A DNA stretch of 46,196 bases, from positions 1 to 46,196 of the forward strand of contig JAZGFI010000027.1 of NCBI GenBank assembly GCA_036479435.1. The letters run 5' to 3'. The position numbers were made by a program, and so were the translations under genes. A model generated the notes under the pieces. That model did not search any database. It saw nothing but the letters and a program-made list of their open reading frames with translations, and was not told the origin of the DNA. Shown piece by piece: positions 9,132 to 18,647 of this stretch. The stretch comes from Planctomycetota bacterium (lineage in GTDB: Bacteria > Planctomycetota > GCA-002687715 > DRQF01). Every line of letters begins with the position of its first letter. The stretch's first letter is position 1.

Positions 9132-10867
9132 TCTTCTCTCGCCAACTGGGCGTAGGCGGGGCATTCCGCTAATAACTGGGCATGACTACCTTCGGCGACG
9201 ATGCGAGCGTCGTCAAGAAACAGCACGCGATCGAGTCGCGCCATCGTAGGCAGCCGATGAGTGATGAGGATAACGGTTCGACCGCGCATAAGCTCGTCCA
9301 TCGCCGACGCAATTTGATCCTCGGATTCCCAATCGAGATGGGAAGTGGCCTCGTCGAGGATGAGAATCTTGGGATTCCGCAGAAAAGCCCGCGCCATCGA
9401 AATCCGCTGTTTTTCGCCGCCCGAAAGCCTGGTACCGCGGGGGCCGATCATCGTATCGAGCCCCTCGCGAAGTCGATCCAGCAAGGGGTCAGCCCCGGTC
9501 AACTTGAGCGCCGCCAAAAGATCAGCCTCGCTCGCATCGGGGGCCGCGAACAATAAGTTATCGCGCAAACTTCGATGAAACAAAAAGGGCTCTTGAGACA
9601 CGAGGCCGACTTGACGGAGATAATCACCTCGTGACAATTTCGCGAGGTCTTCGCCATCGATGAGGACCTGACCTTCGAGTGGCCGCAACAGACGGAGCAT
9701 CAGATCGACGAGCGTCGACTTACCGCTGCCGCTCCGGCCCGCGATGCCGACTCGCTCCCCGGCGGCAATCGCAAACGAGACTTCTTTGAGGACCGGATGA
9801 TTCGCCTCGTAGGCGAAGCTGAGATTACTCGCCGCCACCGCACCTTTGATCTCGTGCGCATCGGCTGAGGAGAAATCATCGGCACTGTCTTCGGCGGGAA
9901 GGTCGAGATATTCAAAAACACGATCGACACTGACCATGGCACGCTGCACTTGCAAATAGAGCGCAGTCAGTCCTTGCAATGGTCCGTGGACGCGTGTTTG
10001 CAGCATCGAAAAAGCAATCAAGTCGCCCAGTTCGAGTTGGCCCGCGATCACGCGGCGGCCACCCTCAAGAAACACGGCGATCGCGGCCGCTGTTACCAAT
10101 AACCGCGGTAAGCCCCCGCCAAGGGCCGTCACCTTGAACAGGGAAAGAACCCGGCCTTTCAACTCGCCCTGCAAGCCTGAGAACGACTTTGCCTCGCTAT
10201 GCAGAGCGCCGCTCGCGCGGACGGTTTTCATCCCCTCCAAATTCTCGACGAGGAAGGTCCCGAGTTTCTCATTCGAGTCGCGAATGTCGCGGGTGCGACT
10301 CATGACTAGCTTTCTAAAGCCTCGCGCCACCAAAAACGACAAGGGAAATGCGAGACAAGAAATGGCCGTCAGCACCGGGCTGTAGTGAATCAATAAGAAC
10401 AAGGTACCGACGATCGTGAACAACGAGGTCACGAGAGCCGGCAGGGCTCCCGTGGCTACCGTTTCGATCTCGGCGAGATCGCGATTCATGCGGGTGAGGA
10501 CTTCGCCAATCTTAGTGCGCGTGAAAAAGGACAGAGCCACGCGCTGCAAGTGCCCAAAAAACGCAGACCGCATCCGAATCAAAACCCTGGTCGCCACGAT
10601 CGTCGCTTGCAAGCCCTGGGCATAGCGAACCGCGAACGCGACCACCGCATTGACGCCAACCGCGACGGCGATCCACAACAAAACGGACGAGTTGAAAGGC
10701 GGCGCCAGCGCGTCGTCTATCAGTTTTTCGGTCAGAACCGGCGCCAGCAGCCCGCTCGCCGCCCCCAGCAAGCTAAGGAAGATGATGATGGCCAAACGAC
10801 CGCGCTCTGGAGCCACAAAGGACCAGATGCGACGGCGGCGTTCAGGCGTCAGGACGGGGGCGCTCAG
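9128..10867 (-). CDS. ABC exporter, fused TMD-NBD (MsbA/MdlB type)
   Basis: Six-TM N-half, Walker A GRSGSGKST, LSGGEKQR, ILILDEATS, H-loop ITHR; start GTG 10816 or CTG 10867. Confidence 0.93.
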   Translation of the reverse strand: MSAPVLTPERRRRIWSFVAPERGRLAIIIFLSLLGAASGLLAPVLTEKLIDDALAPPFNSSVLLWIAVAVGVNAVVAFAVRYAQGLQATIVATRVLIRMRSAFFGHLQRVALSFFTRTKIGEVLTRMNRDLAEIETVATGALPALVTSLFTIVGTLFLLIHYSPVLTAISCLAFPLSFLVARGFRKLVMSRTRDIRDSNEKLGTFLVENLEGMKTVRASGALHSEAKSFSGLQGELKGRVLSLFKVTALGGGLPRLLVTAAAIAVFLEGGRRVIAGQLELGDLIAFSMLQTRVHGPLQGLTALYLQVQRAMVSVDRVFEYLDLPAEDSADDFSSADAHEIKGAVAASNLSFAYEANHPVLKEVSFAIAAGERVGIAGRSGSGKSTLVDLMLRLLRPLEGQVLIDGEDLAKLSRGDYLRQVGLVSQEPFLFHRSLRDNLLFAAPDASEADLLAALKLTGADPLLDRLREGLDTMIGPRGTRLSGGEKQRISMARAFLRNPKILILDEATSHLDWESEDQIASAMDELMRGRTVILITHRLPTMARLDRVLFLDDARIVAEGSHAQLLAECPAYAQLAREE

Positions 10868-10905
10868 TTCACTCGCTCCGAGATGTTCGGGTCAGGCTGT
10901 GACCA

Positions 10906-11706
10906 TCAAAACACAAAAGCAAGGATCGCCATCACCAACAAATAGGGTGAAAAGATCCAGAAGCGACCGTGCTCAAGGAGCCGGATAAGCAAAAGCAGCG
11001 CCCCGACTCCGCTGACGAAGGCCACAATAAGGCCCACGATGAGCACGCTCGGCGCGCCCGCCTTGCCGGAGCTGATGTGGCCGAGCTCGAGGATGACGGC
11101 ACCGACGATGGCGGGGATCGCCATCATGAAAGAAAACCGCCCAGCCGCTTCGCGCTCCATGCCCGCGTGAAGTCCGGCAACAATGGTGCTGCCCGATCGC
11201 GAGACGCCGGGCAAAAGGGCGAGGACCTGGGCAAAACCCATGGCGAGAGCGCTGGAAACTCGAGGTTCGTCGCTTCTTTTTTTCAAAAACAAAGTCGAAG
11301 CGAGGAGTAAGGCGGTGAGCAACAAAGTCCAGGGGACGATGCTCGGGGAGGCGAAGGCGCGATCAACTGCACTCTTTAGGAACAAACCGGCGAGAACCGT
11401 GGGCAAAGTTGCCAGCCCCACCAAAACTGCCAGCCTAAAAGACGCGTCTTCGGCGTAGTTGGATTTCCAGCGCGAGGGTGCCAAAAACTTCGGCAGCGAG
11501 CGCATGATGTCTAGGACAATGCCGCGGTAAACCAAAAGTACGGCGAGCAAAGTGCCGACATGGACCACGACTTCAAAACTAAGCGCGGTTTCCGTTTCCA
11601 AACCGAGCCAACGCTTAGCCAATACCAGGTGTCCCGAGGAACTAACCGGAAGAAACTCCGTGAGACCTTGCACGACACCTAAAAGCGCCGCTTCGCCAAG
11701 ATTCAA
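10906..11706 (-). CDS. uppP: undecaprenyl-diphosphate phosphatase
   Basis: GVVQGLTEFLPVSSSGHL and PGVSRSGSTI signatures. Confidence 0.96.
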   Translation of the reverse strand: MNLGEAALLGVVQGLTEFLPVSSSGHLVLAKRWLGLETETALSFEVVVHVGTLLAVLLVYRGIVLDIMRSLPKFLAPSRWKSNYAEDASFRLAVLVGLATLPTVLAGLFLKSAVDRAFASPSIVPWTLLLTALLLASTLFLKKRSDEPRVSSALAMGFAQVLALLPGVSRSGSTIVAGLHAGMEREAAGRFSFMMAIPAIVGAVILELGHISSGKAGAPSVLIVGLIVAFVSGVGALLLLIRLLEHGRFWIFSPYLLVMAILAFVF

Positions 11707-12941
11707 CAGCAGCCCTCGTCAGTGCAGCAGGCGCCGGATTCCGTGATCGACTGCAACTGGGCCGCGATGTCAGCGGGCAAGTCGCGACCGCCACCTGGGG
11801 TCCCGCAATCAAAGGGAATCTTCTTCGCGGGATCTTCGAGCGCCGGTGTCACCAAAAAGTGGCCGACGTAGGGTTTTTGTTGCAACAGCTCCGCTGTTTT
11901 TTGACACACCGGCGTCCACAGCCCGCGTTGAAATACATGTCCGTCGTCGTCGCGGATTTCGCTGAAGGGCCCCTCGTAAAGGGCTTGGCGATAAGTTTCG
12001 TAGCAGGGGCCCTGTTTGCCTTTTTGCGCCAAGATCGTGACGGAGAAAAAGTTGATGCCGCCCACGGTCTTCCAAAAGCTGCTCTTCGCCTCCTGCATGC
12101 CGTGGAAGCCGGCGCGCTCGAAGACTTGGTGAAACTCGTGGCGTTGAAAGGCGCCCGACAGACAACCCGTCCACAGGTCATCGTCTTGTTTCATGTCCTC
12201 GGGGATCGGACGATCCGCGACGATGTCCGAGATAGCGACGCCGCCGCCTTTTTTTACCACGCGGAAAATCTCGCGGAAGAGCTGGCGTTTGCGCTCGTCG
12301 TCGACCAAGTTCAAAACACAGTTTGAGACCACCAAGTCAACTGACTCACTGGCGACCAGGGGCTTGGCGAGTTTTGTTTCGAGCGCCTCAAGGTCGTCAT
12401 AAGTTTCGAGAGGCTGGGTCTCGATGAGCTCAAGCAACTGCGAACGGTCGATCTTCAGGTTTTCGATGTGGCCGCAACGAAATTCAACGTTGGGATCGGT
12501 AAAACCGAGATTCGACATGACTTCGGGGATGGCGGCGCTCGATTTCTCGAGCATCTGTGGAGTTTTGTCGATCCCGATGACGCGGCCTTTGGGACCGACT
12601 TTTTTGGCGATCATGAAGCAATGCTTGCCGGAGCCACTGCCAAGGTCGAGAACGGTTTGGCCGTCTTCGGCAAAGACGGTCGGGTCGCCGCAGCCGTAGT
12701 CGATGTCGAGGATTTCTTTCGGGATGTGGCTCAAGGCTGCCGGGTCGTAGCTTACCGGGCAGCAGAGTTCGGCCTCTGAAGCCTCGGCCGCGGCCCCGTA
12801 GCGATCGACGGTGGCGTCTTCTTCGGCCAAAAGCGCGAGGATTTCGCGGCGAAAGGCGTTGAGACGCGCCAAGCGGCTCTCATCTTGGGAAGAAAAGTCA
12901 CGCAGACGCCGAAGACCAGCGGTCAAAGTTGAGGAGTTCAT
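11703..12941 (-). CDS. arsM: arsenite S-adenosylmethionine methyltransferase-like protein (ArsM/AS3MT family)
   Basis: LCCPVSY, YGCGDP, VLDLGSGSG, VVSNCVLNL, WTGCLSGA, C-terminal CC pairs; start likely MNSS at 12941. Confidence 0.75.
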   Translation of the reverse strand: MNSSTLTAGLRRLRDFSSQDESRLARLNAFRREILALLAEEDATVDRYGAAAEASEAELCCPVSYDPAALSHIPKEILDIDYGCGDPTVFAEDGQTVLDLGSGSGKHCFMIAKKVGPKGRVIGIDKTPQMLEKSSAAIPEVMSNLGFTDPNVEFRCGHIENLKIDRSQLLELIETQPLETYDDLEALETKLAKPLVASESVDLVVSNCVLNLVDDERKRQLFREIFRVVKKGGGVAISDIVADRPIPEDMKQDDDLWTGCLSGAFQRHEFHQVFERAGFHGMQEAKSSFWKTVGGINFFSVTILAQKGKQGPCYETYRQALYEGPFSEIRDDDGHVFQRGLWTPVCQKTAELLQQKPYVGHFLVTPALEDPAKKIPFDCGTPGGGRDLPADIAAQLQSITESGACCTDEGCC

Positions 12942-13057
12942 AGCAATCTCGACATTCTCTCGGTTGGGTTGAGACGATAACATGCCCGGCCACGAGCTCT
13001 ATTTCAGCTCTTTGAACTGTCATTTGGTCCCCCACCCCGTTCCCGGAGGTTTTCTCA

Positions 13058-14443
13058 ATGTCCGCCCCCATGCCCAAGGCAGCGCTCGACAACATTCTCG
13101 GCGCTGTCGGCAACACTCCGATTGTTCGCTTGAATCGGGTCATTGACGGGGCCCGGACCCCGATCTACGCCAAATGCGAGTTCATGAATCCCGGCGGATC
13201 GGTGAAAGACCGCATCGGACTCGCCATCATCGAGGACGCAGAGAAAAGAGGCAAAATCCGCCCCGGCGGCACGATCGTTGAGGCGACCTCCGGCAATACG
13301 GGGGTGGGCTTGGCTTTGGCGGCGGCCAACAAGGGCTACCGCTGCGTCTTCACCATCCCCGACAAAATGAGCGTCGAGAAAGTACGGCTGCTGAAGGCCT
13401 TCGGGGCCGAGGTCATCGTGACGCCAACCGTCGAGCCGACTCATCCCGAGTATTACGTCAAAGTCGCCCAGGATATCGTGGCTAAGACCCCGAATTCTTA
13501 CTTCGCCAACCAGTTCTACAATCAGGTCAACACCGAAGCTCACGTCAAGACAACCGGGCCGGAGATCTGGGAGCAGATGGAAGGCCGCCTCGATGTCTTG
13601 GTCGGTGGGCTCGGCACCGGCGGCACGATGAGTGGTTGCAGCAAGTTCCTTAAGGGGAAAAATCCGAAGCTACGCGTTGTGGGGGCTGATCCGGTGGGAT
13701 CGCTCTACAAAGGATTCAAAGAGACCGGGGTCTTGGGCGAGGGTGGGCTCTATAAGGTCGAGGGGATCGGCAACGACAAGATTCCCGAGACCGCCTGGCT
13801 CGACTATATCGACGAGTTTCGCCTGGTCAGCGACAAGCAGAGCTTCCTCATGGCGCGACGCTTAACCCGCGAGGAAGGGCTTTTTGCCGGCGGCAGCTCG
13901 GGGACCGCGGTCAAAGTCGCCGTCGATTTGGCCCGAGAAATCGACGACCCCGACAAAATCATCTTGGTCTTTTTGCCCAGCACCGGTGAACGCTACCTCT
14001 CGAAAGTTCACAACGACGAGTGGATGCGGGAGAACCGCTTTTTGGACGAGCCCGCGACGCATGTTCGGGATCTGCTCCAAGAGAAATCCGCGGCGGTTCG
14101 CGAGCTGATTTGCTGCCCTTCCGACACGTCGATCAAAAAGGCCCTGGCCTTGATGGCGAGTCACAACATCTCACAGATTCCCGTCATCGACCACGGAGAA
14201 TGCGTGGGATCGCTGCGTGAGTCCGATCTCATGAGCGCCGTGTTGGAGCAGGAATCCGACCTTGAGTCGCCGGTTCGCGACGTCATCGAGCCACCCTTCC
14301 CCGTGATTGCGGCGAACGAGAACCTTGATTACGTGATGCGTTTGCTCGGGCGGGAAAACTCAGCGCTCTTGGTGAGGACGCCCGGAGGCGAGTTGACGGG
14401 AATCATCACCCGCTACGACGTGATTCAGAGCATGTCGCGCTGA
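13058..14443 (+). CDS. cbs: cystathionine beta-synthase with C-terminal CBS domain pair
   Basis: VGNTP, KCEFMNPGGSVKDR, EATSGNTG, GTGGT, YKVEGIG, GGSSG, RYLSK, then two CBS repeats; SD GGAGG. Confidence 0.92.
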   Translation: MSAPMPKAALDNILGAVGNTPIVRLNRVIDGARTPIYAKCEFMNPGGSVKDRIGLAIIEDAEKRGKIRPGGTIVEATSGNTGVGLALAAANKGYRCVFTIPDKMSVEKVRLLKAFGAEVIVTPTVEPTHPEYYVKVAQDIVAKTPNSYFANQFYNQVNTEAHVKTTGPEIWEQMEGRLDVLVGGLGTGGTMSGCSKFLKGKNPKLRVVGADPVGSLYKGFKETGVLGEGGLYKVEGIGNDKIPETAWLDYIDEFRLVSDKQSFLMARRLTREEGLFAGGSSGTAVKVAVDLAREIDDPDKIILVFLPSTGERYLSKVHNDEWMRENRFLDEPATHVRDLLQEKSAAVRELICCPSDTSIKKALALMASHNISQIPVIDHGECVGSLRESDLMSAVLEQESDLESPVRDVIEPPFPVIAANENLDYVMRLLGRENSALLVRTPGGELTGIITRYDVIQSMSR

Positions 14444-14476
14444 ATCTTTCGGTTTGATGCTTCGTCGAGTCGACAG

Positions 14477-14510
14477 GGCCGAGTGAGCTTTTCATCAAGC
14501 ACACTCGGCC
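14477..14510. terminator. hairpin between convergent cbs and ihf/hu genes
   Basis: GGCCGAGTG-A-GCTT / AAGC-A-CACTCGGCC stem; no strong U-tract. Confidence 0.5.
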
Positions 14511-14535
14511 TCGCCCTGAACGGAGCAACTCCGAC

Positions 14536-14955
14536 TCAGGAATCTGCGCCAGCGCTGTATTCCGAAGCGCCACCGAAGGTTGTGGGCGGCGGTGCGGCAG
14601 GAGTCGCCGGCGGTAGCTCCGTGTTCGAAGAAGTCTCAGGTGCCACGGGCTGAGGATTGACCGCCTCGTCGTGAGCTTGCACCCGCTCTTTCATCAGGCG
14701 GCCGGCCTTGAAGTGAACGACCGACTTGCTTGGCACATCCACACGCACACCCGTTCTGGGGTTACGCGCCTTCCGCGCGGCACGCGTCTTGATCTCGAAG
14801 ACCCCGAACTCGCGAAACTCGAGGCGATTGCCTTGCGATAGCTCGTCGATGATCTCGTCGATGAACGATTGAATGATCCGTTTGATCACGACCTTTTTGA
14901 GTCCGGTCTTTTCGGAGATCCGATAGGCCAGCTCTTTTTTCGTCACGGTTGCCAT
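14536..14955 (-). CDS. ihfB: HU/integration host factor family DNA-binding protein with Pro-rich tail
   Basis: TKKEL, RLEFREFGVFE, RAARKARNPRTG, VHFKAG; SD AGGAGG. Confidence 0.88.
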   Translation of the reverse strand: MATVTKKELAYRISEKTGLKKVVIKRIIQSFIDEIIDELSQGNRLEFREFGVFEIKTRAARKARNPRTGVRVDVPSKSVVHFKAGRLMKERVQAHDEAVNPQPVAPETSSNTELPPATPAAPPPTTFGGASEYSAGADS

Positions 14956-15047
14956 TTGCCACCTCCTGCAGTGTCGCGATTCCGGGGCGCTCCCCTTTAA
15001 CGCGGGCCCAAGACGGTAGAAGTCTGTAAGCCCTTACTGTGAAGGGC

Positions 15048-15077
15048 AATATACACCACCTTTTGGCAGTCGTTCAA
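15048..15077 (-). promoter_or_regulatory. putative sigma-70 promoter of ihf/hu
   Basis: Minus strand TTGAAC-N18-TATATT in an AT-rich intergenic region. Confidence 0.35.
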
Positions 15078-15219
15078 TTCCCTTGGAAAAAATGCTGCGG
15101 AGGGGTCAAAGGGTCTTTATTTATTAACTTACTTTGCAGCAACATATTAGGCGCGTTTTTCTTAGTTTTCGAACGTCCAGCCAGCTATTATTGACGCTAA
15201 ACATTTGCGCGATATTCCC

Positions 15220-15801
15220 TTAGGAGAGAATTCGAGCCTCGGCTCGGCCCAGGGTCGCGAGGGCCGCGGCGGAGTCTTGTTGCCCCAGAAGCTCCTCGCG
15301 AAAAGGTGCATCGGTGAACATGCGGATAGCCGAACCTAAAAGCTCGACGTGGCGTTTTTTGCCGCTGTCAGTGTCGGGAAACAGTACGAGCAAGACGAAG
15401 TGGACGGGGGCCCCGTCCAAGGCCTCAAACTCCAACCCGCCCGGGTGCACCATCAAGGCCCCCCGAGCTTCAAAATCACCGGTCAACATGCCGTGAGGCA
15501 GCGCAATGCCCGCTTCAAGGCCGGTGCTGAGTTGGCGCTCTCGGTCTAAGACCGCCTTGGCCCAAGATGCGGGCGCCCCGGGCAGGCCGCAGGGAAGCCT
15601 CATGAGGTCCACCAGGAACCGGATCGCCTCCCATTTATCGAATGGTGGCGACCCCAGTGCGATCCGATGGTGTTCAAGGACTTGGCTGACGAGCACGGCT
15701 TCTCCGGAAAAGATCGACGCCCCCCCTTCCCTTTCCGGGCTCCGCAACTTATCACAAAGCCTTGTGAGAGATCGATTTTCCGTCGCTTTGTCTTCGGACA
15801 T
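15220..15801 (-). CDS. PTS EIIA (Ntr/Fru-type) domain protein; start uncertain
   Basis: VLDRERQLSTGLEAGIALPHG (phospho-His), LEFEALDGAPVHFVLL. Confidence 0.85.
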   Translation of the reverse strand: MSEDKATENRSLTRLCDKLRSPEREGGASIFSGEAVLVSQVLEHHRIALGSPPFDKWEAIRFLVDLMRLPCGLPGAPASWAKAVLDRERQLSTGLEAGIALPHGMLTGDFEARGALMVHPGGLEFEALDGAPVHFVLLVLFPDTDSGKKRHVELLGSAIRMFTDAPFREELLGQQDSAAALATLGRAEARILS

Positions 15802-16145
15802 GCGCGACGCTGGGAACGAAGCCAACTTGGGGGTCATAACACCGGCCCGCAGGGCGGGTTTGGCCAAGGGTGAGCAAGGACTTCGAAACTCCATTTTTGG
15901 AGTGGGGCTGGCCACTCATTTCGACCGATCAACAAAGATGAGGATCTGCATCTTCATGCGGTCCTCGGCCTCGAAATCCGGGCTCAAGGCTCGGAGAATA
16001 GATCGAAGCAAGCGGAATATCGCGCCATCCGGGACGTCGTAGCGTTTCGGTCAGCAAGGTCTCGAAACTGGTTCAGCTTCGGACCGCAGGAATAAATGAG
16101 TCTCCGCCGCGCGGCGGGGATCGAGGGAAGACGCGGAGTTCTTCA

Positions 16146-18533
16146 ATGAAATCGCAGGCACATTTTGCCGTGGCAGTGGCGCTTTTGGTTTTGGGGGCTT
16201 TTGTTCCACTGGCCAAGGCGCAGGACGAAAAAGAGCCCATCATCAAAAAGGACGAGAAGTCTCAGGAGTTCACCATCAGCTTCGGCAAAGATGGAGTGGC
16301 TTTTGAGGACTTCGTGGAAACGGCCGCGAGGCAGATGGGCATTGCCTTCGTCTTTGACGCGCGCCGCGTCAGCAACAAAAAGCTGAACATGATCGGTAAA
16401 AAGGTCGTGAAAGAAGAGGACCTCTTCGCCTTTTACCAGACTCTCTTCTTCGCACACGACCTCGCGGTGATCAGCTTGGGCCCTCCCGAAGCGGAAGTGT
16501 TGTTGATTGAAGACATCAAGACCTCGCAGCTTCTGAAGCAACGCGCGGTTTTCGTCGACATCAAAGAGCTTGAAAGGCGTCGCCGCAATGTCGGAGAAGT
16601 GGTCGCTACGACGATTCAGTTGAAGCACATTCCGGTAGATAAAGCTCAGGCCGCGCTTACCCAGATCATCCAAGAGCACCGCGCGGGCTTTGTGCAGAAA
16701 ATCGAAGAATCCAACTCGCTGCTGATTACGAACTTCGCCCCGACGGTGTGGACGATGTACGAGATCATCCAAGCCATGGACGTCGAGGTTGAAGAAAACC
16801 AGCTGATTTTTGAAAAACTGGCGCTCGAATACCACGTGGCGGAAGACCTTGCGGCCACCATCGAAGAACTCATCGAAGCGCGCGCTGAGATCACGTCGAG
16901 TGGTTCGGGAGCCCGCAACGCCCGTAACCGCAACCGCAGCTCTTCCTCCGCAGGCCAAACCCCCGCCCCGAAGATCATTCCCGACGGCCGCAACAACACC
17001 TTGCTCGTCTACGCGGTCCCGGAGTACATGGAAGAAATCCGCATGCTCGTGGCGAGCCTCGATACCGCGATCACCGAGGCCAACAGCAACATCCACATCT
17101 ACGAGCTGAAGAACACGAACGCCGAAGACATCGAGGACGTCCTCTCCGATCTCTTGTCCCAGGGCGGGGGCCGCAGCGTGCGTCCCTCGGGCGGGGGCGG
17201 CAACACTCGCGGCAATACCGCGGGACGCGGCGCGACCAATCAAAACGATCCGGACGCCGTCAACATTGTCGCCGACCCAAACACCAACTCGCTGCTCATC
17301 ACCGCCACTCGGGCGCGTTACGAAGAGATTTCGGACATCATCGCGAAACTCGACAAGCGCCGACCGCAAGTCTTGGTGCAATGCGCCATCGTCGAGCTGA
17401 GCACGAACGACATCGAAAACATCGGGGTTGAGATCGCGCAGGTCGAAGGTGGCGGTGCCGAAACTCGCTTCTTTGGCGGTTCGGCTTTTGGTTTGTCGAC
17501 CATCGATACCTTGACGAACATCAACGGCGGTGGCGACACCGGTGGCGACGGCGGCGGAGACGGCGGCGGCGGCGCCGGCGGCTCGTCTAGCAATTTCTTT
17601 GACGACTTGGTTCGCATTCCGAACCTCGGCGGCCAAGGACTGACGGCAGGAATCTTCAGCAACTTCGTCGACGTGCCGTTTTTAATTCGACTCTTCGAAG
17701 AAACGCGACGCGGCAACTTGGTCTCTGTTCCATCAATCTTAGTGAACGACAACCAAGAGGCTCACATCTCAGTTGGCAACGAAATCCCCACGACCACGGT
17801 CAACCAGGGGCAGTTTAGCGACCAGAGCTCTTTCGGCGGTTACCAAGAGGCCAACCTTGAGTTGAGCATTTCGCCTCACATCTCAAACGACGAGTACCTT
17901 CGCTTGGACATCTTCCTGAGCGTGGTGGCCTTCGACGGCGCCCAGACCGACCCCGCGATCCCGCCTCCCCGCACCACGCGTGAGCTGCAGACCCAGATCA
18001 CCGTGCCCAACCGGCGCACGGTCGTCATCGGCGGCCTCACCAACGACAACTTCCGCGAGACCGTCTCGGGAATTCCGTACTTGAGCGACATCCCCTTGAT
18101 TGGGTGGCTGTTCGAGAACACGGCTCAGTCGCACGAACAACGCACCTTGTACGTCTTCATCACTCCGACCATCTTGTCAGAGTTCGAAGGGCTCGAGCGC
18201 CTGTCCTACGAACGCAAGTTGCAGATCGCGAAACTTGACGGACAGATCCACCTGGTCGATCCGAACTTCCGCGAGATCAAGATCGACGATGATGAGGTCA
18301 GCATCGAGGAACTGGAGTCGTCCGGCAACTTCGACATGCCGCGTTATCGACCGTCTTCGCCCCTGCGTGGCACTTTGCCGGCGCAAGACGCGAACAAGTT
18401 GCCAATGCGTCCTAACTTCACCAAGCCCAAGCCCGAGGCGGGAGCCGAAAAGGCAAAAGCCAGTGACGCGAGTCGCTTAAGCGGGTTCGGACGGCGCCTG
18501 GCGGGAAGCTCGCCTCAGCGGTCGGGCAACTAA
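16146..18533 (+). CDS. gspD: type II secretion secretin
   Basis: Signal peptide, N-domain repeats (DGRNNTLLV, ADPNTNSLLI), LDKRRPQVLVQ, VVIGGL, IPYLSDIPLIGWLF, LYVFITPTI. Confidence 0.93.
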   Translation: MKSQAHFAVAVALLVLGAFVPLAKAQDEKEPIIKKDEKSQEFTISFGKDGVAFEDFVETAARQMGIAFVFDARRVSNKKLNMIGKKVVKEEDLFAFYQTLFFAHDLAVISLGPPEAEVLLIEDIKTSQLLKQRAVFVDIKELERRRRNVGEVVATTIQLKHIPVDKAQAALTQIIQEHRAGFVQKIEESNSLLITNFAPTVWTMYEIIQAMDVEVEENQLIFEKLALEYHVAEDLAATIEELIEARAEITSSGSGARNARNRNRSSSSAGQTPAPKIIPDGRNNTLLVYAVPEYMEEIRMLVASLDTAITEANSNIHIYELKNTNAEDIEDVLSDLLSQGGGRSVRPSGGGGNTRGNTAGRGATNQNDPDAVNIVADPNTNSLLITATRARYEEISDIIAKLDKRRPQVLVQCAIVELSTNDIENIGVEIAQVEGGGAETRFFGGSAFGLSTIDTLTNINGGGDTGGDGGGDGGGGAGGSSSNFFDDLVRIPNLGGQGLTAGIFSNFVDVPFLIRLFEETRRGNLVSVPSILVNDNQEAHISVGNEIPTTTVNQGQFSDQSSFGGYQEANLELSISPHISNDEYLRLDIFLSVVAFDGAQTDPAIPPPRTTRELQTQITVPNRRTVVIGGLTNDNFRETVSGIPYLSDIPLIGWLFENTAQSHEQRTLYVFITPTILSEFEGLERLSYERKLQIAKLDGQIHLVDPNFREIKIDDDEVSIEELESSGNFDMPRYRPSSPLRGTLPAQDANKLPMRPNFTKPKPEAGAEKAKASDASRLSGFGRRLAGSSPQRSGN

Positions 18534-18588
18534 CTAGTGACAAGGCCAGGTTCGCGGGCTTAGTCCCCGAACGAGCGGCGTAAACAAA

Positions 18589-18626
18589 AGGAGAGCCATC
18601 CGCTGAGTACAGCGGGTGGCCCTCCT
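18589..18626 (+). promoter_or_regulatory. strong intercistronic stem-loop between gspD and gspE
   Basis: AGGAG-A-GCCATCCGCTG / AGTA loop / CAGCGGGTGGC-C-CTCCT. Confidence 0.5.
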
Positions 18627-18647
18627 CATGAAAGGAGTCTTTGATCC

